A model generated the notes under the pieces. The model was given only the letters and a program-made list of their open reading frames with translations. It had not been told where the DNA came from and made no database searches. From Macrostomum lignano (taxonomy: Eukaryota), in the NCBI GenBank assembly GCA_002269645.1, contig NIVC01000169.1:186001-250000 (forward strand): a DNA stretch of 64,000 nt. Direction: 5' to 3'. The position numbers and the translations under genes are program-made. How positions within the stretch are numbered: position 1 is the stretch's first letter; each line of letters opens with the position of its first letter. This document shows positions 49,943 to 60,800 of this stretch, in pieces.

Positions 49943-51109
49943 GAGGGTGTGGAAATGTATTTTCATATGCTGAAGCCTAGTCCAGCACCATATTTAAAAT
50001 CTGATGGATGAAACACGGATTTCATGCTGCTGGTTGACAACAGGCAAGACCCAAGGGCAAGGCAGGGCAGAGTGGCGCACTGGAGCTACAGATAGTTCAG
50101 GGCATGGCATAAACAGTGCCAAACAGGCTCGCAGCAGCTCTGTATCAAAGCAATCTTTGAAAGAAGCATAGTATAGCCATTAGTCACCCTGGTTAGCACA
50201 GAACTGTGACTGCTGCACAGCCAATGCAGATTCTCTCATTCACTCTGCTGTTTGCGGAGAGTGAATTAGCAGCGATGGACCATTATTACAGTTGTGCAGC
50301 CTTCACGTACATCCCCTTTTGGCAGCAGAAGCAGAAACTGCCTACTAGGAGGGCAAGCCAACTATGAAAAAATTGTAATAAAATAAATAACAACAATAAC
50401 AATTAGAAGAAGTAATATTAGTTGCAGAAGGTCTGTGGTCACCCTGGTGCAACGCCTTATGAGACATGATTCCACACCCAGCGCTGGGGCGATTCAGCCC
50501 AGTCCGCTGAGTCCTGAGCACATGCAAACGCGCCAATACTGTACACAGACATGCACTCACACACACTCTCACACGAGCTCATCAAAAATTAAAATAAAAT
50601 AAATTGGAAAATTTAATTGTCGAGCTTTTGGCAAAATAACACACAAAGTGTCTACTCGGACATGATTTGCTGAAATATGGATCAGGGAACAATACTAATT
50701 ATAGAACTCCTCGACTAAGTTCGCGAGCCTCTATGAACCCGCAATTTATTTCTCTATGGCAATGTTAGAACTGCCAGCTATATATTTTGTTTAACTAATC
50801 ATATTTTGAACCGATTATTCAGTTAGTCGCTAGGCGGCCGCCGAACGCCCCTCGTCCAGTGACAACTGTTAAGTGCAAGAGCGGCCAGTGCTGGGGGCGC
50901 TCTCGGATTTACTGCTTGCATTTAAGAAAACAAACAGCTGCTTGTTGCTGGGGACCGCTCTTCGTCTGTTTAATTTATAGAGCAGAAAACTGAACTCGTG
51001 TAGAAATATATATAAAGGCTTGATAAGAAGCACTGCCCTGTGCTGTCTGCATTGATTCGGTAAGTGGACCTCCTAGGAATCTTTTTTTCTGATATCAAAT
51101 CTTACGTTT

Positions 51110-51785
51110 GAGGTGAGTTGGAATCCGCCGATATCAATTGAGTTGGCTGGAATCCGCTGGTATCAATCGAGTTGGTTGGAATCCGCCGATATCAATTGAG
51201 TTGGTTGGAATCCGCTGGTATCAATTGAGTTGGAACCAGCTGACACTGATATCAATTGAGTTGGAACCAGTTGATACTGATATCAATTGAGTTGGAACCA
51301 GCTGATACTGATATCAATTGAGTTGGAACCAGCTGATACTGATATCAATTGAGTTGGAACCAGCTGACACTGATATCAATTGAGTTGGAACCAGCTGACA
51401 CTGATATCAATTGAGTTGGAACCAGCTGACACTGATATCAATTGAGTTGGAACCAGCTGACACTGATATCAATTGAGTTGGAACCAGCTGACACTGATAT
51501 CAATTGAGTTGGAACCAGCTGATACTGATATCAATTGAGTTGGAACCAGCTGACACTGATATCAATTGAGTTGGAACCAGCTGATACTGATATCAATTGA
51601 GTTGGAACCAGCTGACACTGATATCAATTGAGTTGGAACCAGCTGATACTGATATCAATTGAGTTGGAACCAGCTGATACTGATATCAATTGAGTTGGAA
51701 CCAGCTGATACTGATATCAATTGAGTTGGAACCAGCTGATACTTATGTCGATTGAGTTGGAACCAGCTGACACTGATATCAATTT
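51110..51785. repeat. 31-bp tandem repeat gagttggaaccagctgacactgatatcaatt immediately upstream of the ceramidase ATG
   Basis: Period 31 (51258 to 51289); ends ~90 bp before ATG 51872. Confidence 0.96.
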
Positions 51786-51871
51786 ACAGTTGGAATATCT
51801 GTGACTTACTACAAGCTATATCTTGACCCCACCTCAATTCAGACTTGTTCATCCAGACAGCTGCTTCAGTC

Positions 51872-54800
51872 ATGACCTGCCGTAGCCAGCTGTCTGCTTG
51901 GCTCTGCCTGATCTCATTCGGCCTGCTCAGCCTGTTCTCCACCGGTTGCGGAGCCAGCGGCGGCGGACTGATGGCCGGAGTTGGAGTCGCCGACATCACG
52001 GGGCCGGCTGGCGAGGTTCCCATGGTGAGCGAGGGCATGTGGTGCGGGTTCCAGACTCTGAATGCAGAAATATGGCAGCAGGTAGAATGATCTATGCTTG
52101 AGGATCACGTAACAATGGGGTTGTAGCGTAGGGATAACAGCACCAGACTCACGACTGAACCGTCGGGGGTTCGATTCTCCACCCACTCGGAACAATTTGT
52201 GTCCTTGAGAATGAGCAAGACACTTAACTCTGCACTGCTGCAGTTCACCCAAGCTGTAAAATAGGTGACCAGCATTAGCTGGGTATGCGGCCATCTCCCA
52301 GTCCCTGGACTGAACAGCCGCACGCAGCCTTCAGATGCGCCGCGCAATAGCTGCGGCTGAGCTGTCGGTTGCACATTGACTTATTAGGGCAGGTGTAATA
52401 AAAACGAAATATTGATACAGTTTATGCGAGTTGTGTACACTTCATGACAATGAAGAGATTCGGGGCAAGTGTGGGTGGGGCGGAGTGGATTAGCTGTAAA
52501 CGCGTTTGACCTAGAGCCTCTTCACGGCAATCAATTCCAGAACCAGAATCAGTTCGGATTTCCAAGAAAAAAAGCAGTATAACTATTTAACTTTGTTGAA
52601 TGTTTGACTGCCTTAAAACAGCCTCACTTTGCACAATTTTTTACTTTCTTCTTGGCTTTTGCCATTCAATAATCACAATTTTAAAGCACTAATATTCCTC
52701 TAGTTTAGGAGACAAAAAGTTATACTTTACAAATTGGATCTGGTTTTAGAACCAGAACAAGCAATATGAAGAGACTCCTACAGTAAGTATCGACTCAGTG
52801 CGCGGCCGCTTGAATTTGCAACTTGTACCGGATAGTGGCATGGATAAGGGCTTTTTTTATTAGAGGCAGGGGGGTTGTGTGCACTTTAAGCGACATAGGC
52901 ACACAACCGGCGAGAGGCATTACTGCCCATTCCGCCGACTCCCCTGAGCAGGCATACAAGCGCGCGGATACGTACGCAGGCACACACTCACACAGGAGTG
53001 TACAGCGGCCTTAACTTTATTTATCGTTAGGCATGTACACTTCACTGCGCCTTGGGGTGTTGGCTCTCAAGGTCGTTAATTGCACAAGCGAGCCAAGCCA
53101 AGATTCCAATTCAGCCCCAAATTAATGTGACTGCACTTGGAATCGAGCCTGGGTCGCGGCACACCAGAGCAGCTGCGCTACCGCTGGGCTACGGCCCCCC
53201 TTTAGATAAGGGCTTACAATGAGATTCTTTTTTGTAAGGGCCAGCCCCCAAGGCACTGAGTGTGTACATGCCTAACGAGAGCGATTGACTGCGGGCGTAG
53301 GGGTCAGCACAATGGACATTCCTAATCGTCTCATCTCAGGCTGCTGTCTCACAAAAGTAGAAAATAATAACAGTAATCGCGGAGGGCTACGGGCACCATG
53401 GCGCAACGTCATCGGCGACATCGGTCCCACAACCAGCGCTGGGGCAACTGCCCATTCCGCTGACTCTTGAGAGCATGCAGGCAGCCAATACTGTACTCAG
53501 GCACAGCACTCATGCACACGCTTACACAGGGTGTACATCGGCCCTGGCTTTCTAACCGTCAGGCATGTACACTCTGTGCCTTGGGGGCTGGCCCTCATGG
53601 GTGCGAATCTCACGACAACCCCTTAGTGCACAAGATTTTCGTGCACAAGTTTCAAATGAATGCGTTTGCACACGGAATCGAACCAGGGGTCGTTATTAAA
53701 CAAACGTTCTGACGTGTCGAATGTGGTCGAACCCCCCGCCTATTCCTCCAGATGGGCTACGCCAAGGCTTCGCAAAAGACAGCCGGAATTCACATCCGCC
53801 TGTTCGCCAGGGCGTTTGTGTTTCGCGACCGATTCGGTGCGACAGTCGCTTACGTGAACGTGGACGCGGCGATGGTGTCCCAGATGGTTAAGCTGCGGGT
53901 GAGCTGGCTCTCTTTGGCTTGTATGAAGTGGTTGGGTTTGGTTCTCAGTGGTGCAGTGACCAGTCTAGAGAGGAGTGGTGCATTCACCAGTCTAGAGAGG
54001 GGTTGGTGCAGTCACCAGTCTAGAGAGGGGTTGGTGCAGTCACCAGTCTAGAGAGGGGTTGGTGCAGTCACCAGTCTAGAGAGGAGTGGTGCAGTCACCA
54101 GTCTAGAGAGGGGTTGGTGCAGTCACCAGTCTAGTGAGGGGTTGGTGCAGTCACCAGTCTAGAGAGGGGTTGGTGCAGTCACCAGTCTAGTGAGGGGTTG
54201 GTGCAGTCACCAGTCTAGAGAGGGGTTGGTGCAGTCACCAGACTAGAGAGGGGTTGGTGCAGTCACCAGTCTAGTGAGGGGTTGGTGCAGTCACCAGTCT
54301 AGTGAGGCGTGGTGCAGTCACCAGTCTAGTGAGGCGTGGTGCAGTCACCAGTCTAGTGAGGGGTTGGTGCAGTCACCAGTCTAGAGAGGGGTTGGTGCAG
54401 TGACCAGTCTAGAGAGGAGTGGTGCATTCACCAGTCTAGAGAGGGGTTGGTGCAGTCACCAGTCTAGAGAGGGGTTGGTGCAGTCACCAGTCTAGAGAGG
54501 GGTTGGTGCAGTCACCAGTCTAGAGAGGAGTGGTGCAGTCACCAGTCTAGAGAGGGGTTGGTGCAGTCACCAGTCTAGTGAGGGGTTGGTGCAGTCACCA
54601 GTCTAGAGAGGGGTTGGTGCAGTCACCAGTCTAGTGAGGGGTTGGTGCAGTCACCAGTCTAGAGAGGGGTTGGTGCAGTCACCAGACTAGAGAGGGGTTG
54701 GTGCAGTCACCAGTCTAGTGAGGGGTTGGTGCAGTCACCAGTCTAGTGAGGCGTGGTGCAGTCACCAGTCTAGTGAGGCGTGGTGCAGTCACCAGTCTAG

Positions 54801-57800
54801 TGAGGGGTTGGTGCAGTCACCAGTCTAGAGAGGGGTTGGTGCAGTCACCAGTCTAGTGAGGGGTTGGTGCAGTCACCAGTCTAGAGAGGGGTTGGTGCAG
54901 TCACCAGACTAGAGAGGGGTTGGTGCAGTCACCAGTCTAGTGAGGCGTGGTGCAGTCACCAGTCTAGTGAGGGGTTGGTGCAGTCACCAGTCTAGAGAGG
55001 GGTTGGTGCAGTCACCAGTCTAGAGAGGGGTTGGTGCAGTCACCAGTCTAGAGAGGGGTTGGTGCAGTCACCAGTCTAGAGAGGGGTTGGTGCAGTCACC
55101 AGTCTAGAGAGGGGTTGGTGCAGTCACCAGTCTAGAGAGGGGTTGGTGCAGTCACCAGACTAGAGAGGGGTTGGTGCAGTCACCAGTCTAGAGAGGGGTT
55201 GGTGCAATCACCAGTCTAGTGAGGGGTTGGTGCAGGTCTAAGGGGTGGGTCCGACTCGGGTTAACTGTATCCTAATCCGACAGATCAATTGCTGTTTAAA
55301 CTAATGTAAAAATGCTCAGAAGTTTTACAAGTATGTTAGACTTTCTCAAAATCTCAAACTGTCTGTATCGAATTCAGGTGCTGGAAATTCTCAAGACAAA
55401 GTTTGGCAACACTTATACGGAGAAGAACGTTCTACTATCGGCCATTCACACTCACTCCGGTCCCGGCGGTTTCCATGGCTACACGCTCTATGCGATATCG
55501 ACTCTAGGCTACATGTCCGACACATTTGAAGCTTTTTCTAACGGCATCGCCAGTGTAAGCTGGTAGCTCACTACTAGTAGTCGTAAAATGTGTCTGACTC
55601 TCGCGCCGCGACCCCTTGGTTTTATTCTGTGCGCAAAACACGTTCATTTGGGGCTTGTGCACTTGTGAAATTCACATCCATGAGGGCCAGCCCCCAATGC
55701 ACAGACGGAGTGTACATGCCTGACGATTGGAAAGTCAGGGCTGCTGTACACCCAGTGGGAGCGTGTGTATGAGTGCGTGCCTGTGTACAGTATCCGCCCG
55801 CTTGTCAGGAGTCACAGCCCACGTCATTATTATTATTTAGCTAGCAGCTCTCATGGAATTGCTTTTAGCATCCCGACGAACGAGCCCCGTCTATCCAACT
55901 AAATTACAGAGCATCGAGCAGGCTCACCTGTCTCTCCGACCCGCCCGCCTGTTCTACAACGAAGGCGAACTGAATGACAGCAGCGTGAGCCGCAGCCCCA
56001 GCTCCTACCTGCTGAATCCGGCAGCCGAGAGGGCTCGCTACTCGGGCGACGTGGACCGAACGATGCAGCTGTTGAAGCTGGTAGACGGCAGCACTGGCGA
56101 GCCGTTCGGCATGCTAAACTGGTTCCCGGTGCACTGCACCAGCCTCAACAACACCAACCAAATGATCAGCGGCGACAACAAAGGCTGGGCGGCTCAACTG
56201 TTCGAGCGCTACATGTCCCGGGGAGCCCAGCTGCCCGGCAAGCAGAAGTTTGTAGCCGCGTTTTCCAATGCTAACGAAGGCGACGTCAGCCCGAACACGG
56301 CTGGACCGCGGTGCATCGACACCGGCGAGCCCTGCGACATCCTCACGAGCACCTGCGGCGGCCGGACGCAAAAGTGCGTCGCGTTCGGGCCGGGACGCGA
56401 CATGATGGACAGTGCGAGAATTATTGGACAGAGGCAGTTTAACAAGGCCTTGGTAGGTAAAATTAAAAATTAAGAAATTTCTAATAGATACGAGTATAGC
56501 GATACTAAATTGATAAAACTTTTTATTTTGGTCTCATACTCATACGAATCTACTATAATTTATTCCGGGTGTTTTTTATTAGACAGCACTAAAATCTTGG
56601 ATCTTGGATTTTGGATCACCAAGAATGAAATAAGCCACTCGACGTAGTAGAAAAATTTCACTGCAGCGATTGCACAACTCCCAGAGCTCGCCAAGTGAAC
56701 TCAAACAGCAGCCTACAGCTTGAGCACCACAACTCCCACAGTTCGCCAAGTGAACTCAAACAGCAGCCTACAGCTTGAGCAGCACAACTCCCAGAGCTCG
56801 CCAAGTGAACTCAAACAGCAGCCTACAGCTTGAGCACCACAACTCCCACAGTTCGCCAAGTGAACCCAAACAGCAGCCTACAGCTTGAGCACCACAACTC
56901 CCACAGTTCGCCAAGTGAACTCAAACAGCAGCCTACAGCTTGCGCAGCACAACTCCCACAGTTCGCCAAGTGAACTCAAACAGCCGCGGCTGCCGGGCCA
57001 CCCGAGCTCGGTGCTCGACCCACAGCTCGGCGCACACCGCCGCCTTGTCGGCCTCGGACCGGGCCGCGTTCAGCGCGTCCGAGAACGTGGACTCGCACGT
57101 GACTCGGCAAGAGTTCACGTACTCAGAGACGAACCGGTCCAGGTCTCCGTGCTGCAGGAAGTCCTCGTAGTAAGTCGAGCGGCTCTGCGGCAGCGCCTCG
57201 GCCCGCAGCAGCTCCAGGCCAAGCCGCTCGTACTGCGACGGCTCGCTGACGTCCTCCACTGAGCGGAAGCAAATGGGACAGTTGAAGTTCACGAGCTCCT
57301 CCGACTCGATGACGCCGCGCGAACGAAGCGCCTCGACCGACTTGTAGATCTCGTCGAAGATGCTGGCGGCCTTGTCTTGCGATGAAAGGAAGTTCGCGAC
57401 AATAACGCCGCCTTTGACGAGCTCCTTGGACCTCGCCTGGAGGAAGCTGCCCCAGTCCTTGGCTGCCTGCTTCCTGAACGCTTCCTGCTCCTTTTCGGTG
57501 CCGAACAAAGAGAATCCGTGATTGGACAGCTTAGTGGGTAGCTGTGAGCACCAGTGCAGGCAGATGTTGGAGATTCCAATCTGCAGACTGCTTGGTGGCA
57601 GCACCTGGAAGGTACATACAACTGTTGTAGCGCGAGTGAGAGATGCACTTTTAGTGATAGCCTCCCAAGTCTCTTATTCAGAACAGCATATGGCAATTTC
57701 TCTCAGTGTGTTCATCTCAGATTGCTCATCTCACTCAGATTTCTCATCTCACTCAGTGTGCTCATCTCACTCAGATTGCTCATCTCACTCAGATTGCTCA

Positions 57801-60800
57801 TCTCACTCAGATTGCTCATCTCACTCAGATTGCTCATCTCACTCAGATTGCTCATCTCACTCAGATTGCTCATCTCACTCAGATTGCTCATCTCACTCAG
57901 ATTGCTCATCTCTCTCAGATTGCTCATCTCACTCAGATTGCTCATCTCACTTACATTGCTCATCTCACTCAGTGTGCTCATCTCACTCAGATTGTTCATC
58001 TCACTCAGATTGCTCATCTCACTCAGATTGCTCATCTCACTCAGTGTACTCATCTCACTCAGTGTACTCATCTCACTCAGTGTACTCATCTCACTCAGTG
58101 TACTCATCTCACTCAGATTGCTCATCTCACTCAGATTCCTCATCTCACTCAGATTCCTCATCTCACTCGTCTTGCTCATTTCTCCCAGCTTCCGTGAGCT
58201 CAAACGGTGCCCACCTGATCGTAGAAGCTGATCCCAGAGGTCACCGCGAACACTCCCGGCAGCTGCTTCAGGAAGGACCGCTGGTCTCCGTTCAGGAAGT
58301 CGAACAGGACGCTCCACTGATTATGGGGCATGTCGTTGAGCACAACGAGCACCGAGCTGCAGCTCTGGCTGCTGGCGTACTTGGCGCGCACCTCTCGGAT
58401 GAGATGGGACACCGCGTCGGAGCTGTTGAGTCCGGTGCTGCAGCCGAAGTCGGCGATCACGAAGGGACCCCGCGATTCGGTCAGGTCGGACGTGTGGGCG
58501 GCCACAGCAGCGTCAATGAAGGGCTTGAAGCGCTGCAGGGAGCTGGCCTGGTTGCGGGAGCTTCTGTTGTAGTCGGGCTGCATCTTCAAGTTCCGCTTGG
58601 CAGTGGCTTCAGAGGACATTTGCTGTGCTGACATGGCAGCTCGTGTGTTTAGTCTGATTTAATTAGGGACTTTTTTGGTAACTGGATGGTTTCTTCTTGT
58701 CAGTTTGTTCACTCGGCGCAGGTCATTCATTTAGTTGGCTCTTATTCGATATCTTATCGCTACTTGTGGAAGACTTAACTGAAGGACGCGTGCATTGAAG
58801 GTCTATTTATAACGTTCTGTGCATTAAAAATTGTGGAGGAGCTGCTCATCGGTAAAGCGCGTCTGACTCTCGCGCCACGACCTCTCGTTTGATTTCGTGC
58901 TCAAACACATTCATTTTTCGGACTTGTGTGCGAATAGTTGTCAAAGAAGTTGTCGCACACATGAGGACCAACCCCCAAGGCACAGAGAGTGTACAGGCCT
59001 GACGATTAGAAAGTCAGGGCCCTGTACACCCTGAGTGAGCGTGTGTATGAGTCCGTACAGTATGGGCGCGCTTGTGTGCTCAGGAGTCAGCGGAATGGAT
59101 TGCCTCAGCACTGGTCGTGGACGATGTCACCGAAGGCGTTGCGTCAGGGCTTCCTCTTGTGAATAGCACCATCACTATTATTATATTAATACTATTATAT
59201 GTTAATAGTGGATTTTACTTACGTTCATTTAATATGTTCAACGCCCCCCCTTAGTCTCTGTTCCAATCAGCCACCAGAGAGGTACAAGTGGACAGCATCA
59301 GCGTCGTGCATCAGAACGTTGACATGACCAACTATGAGCTGACTGTGAGCGGAAAGCGGGTGCGCACCTGCAAGCCGGCCATGGGCTTCAGCTTCGCCGC
59401 CGGCACCACGGACGGTCCGGGCGGATTCGACTTCACCCAGGGCGACACAAGCGGCAACCTGTTCTGGAATATCGTCCGCAGCGTGCTCAGCAAGCCCAGT
59501 GCCGAGCAGGTGGACTGTCAGAAGCCAAAACCGATTCTTCTGAACACGGGATACGTGAGTCTGGCTCATTTCTGTTTAGCTCTGGATTTGCCAGCTTCTC
59601 AATGTGATGTGCGAAATTGAGGTTCGATTCTTACTTTTTTGTCAGCTGGTTTTAACCACGAACATTTCGAAGTTTTACTCAACTGTCAATGGACACTGTT
59701 TTTCTTGGATCATAAAATTGTTTTTTACATTCTTTCTTGCTTCTCGTAAGTAGCCAAATTGTTATATTTCTCCTATACAAAGTTACTGGAACTCCGAATT
59801 ATAACAACAATAATTGATTACATCTGCTGTAATGGACAGATGTGCAACCGACAGCTTAGCCGCTCGGGAGTTCGATTTTTGACCTACTCGAAACAATTTG
59901 TGTCTTTGAGCAAGACACTTTCACCCAGCTGTAAAATGGGTGCCAGAATTTAGCTGGGGTAAGACTGAACAGCCGTACGCAGCCTTCAGATGCGCCGCGC
60001 AATAGCTGCGGCTGAGCTGTTGGTTACAGCTGCCTATTCGGGCAGGTGTAATCCCATATACTAAAAATAGTTTGTCGGTAGGTATCTGTCTAGTTTTGTA
60101 GGTATGTCGATTTCAAAAAAAAGTTTGTATAATGCCCTGCCGCACTTTACTAGCCCGTGTATGAATGATTGGCGAATCACAAACTCTGCCAGATGAGCTT
60201 CCCAACCCAGTGGCAGCCCAGCGTAGTAGAGACGCAGCTGGTGCGCATCGGGCCGCTGACACTGGTGGCCCTGCCCGGCGAGTTCACCACCATGTCGGGG
60301 CGGCGGGTCCGCGATGCGGTCAGAGCTGCGCTGGAGCAGAACGGCATGCCGGATGCCACGGTGATCCTGGCGGGACTGTCAAACCTCTACTCCAGCTACA
60401 TAGCCACATATGAGGAGTATCAGGTGAGCTTTGAGTTATTCGGTGCTATTTCTACCTTTCTTGCGGAGCTCTTTTTGCAGCTGTGGTGTGTCTAAATGCA
60501 AGAACTCGAAACTGAGCTTGTTCTGATCAGTTTTCTGCTTTATATTGAGCTCATTCATCTATACCTGAGTTGAAAAACACAAAAATCTGAAATTTTGCTT
60601 TTCTAAAAGCAGTTCTCAAGCCGACCAGCCCCCAAAACCATCTAAATAGCTCGTATCTACCGATATCTATCATCAATTAGAAACAGAGGTTATGCCCTAC
60701 CGAGGGTACCAGTACCTTATGCTTATTTATACTATACTTCAAAGTTCAACCAAAGTGTCGTAGATTGCATTATACATGCCTCAAAATAGCCGCCACAGTA

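Noticed and set aside
45317-49973. Numerous short repetitive ORFs (PVLAL, STPSP, PQIPIVS, MEHVRLGGVTL, RQGYSETIVRV)
   Set aside because: All are frame translations of 15-, 21- and 33-bp arrays, with no splice or homology support.
37495-55235. Short hairpins or palindromes inside many minisatellite units
   Set aside because: Stems of 3-5 bp are expected by chance in 15-55-bp units; no shared motif.
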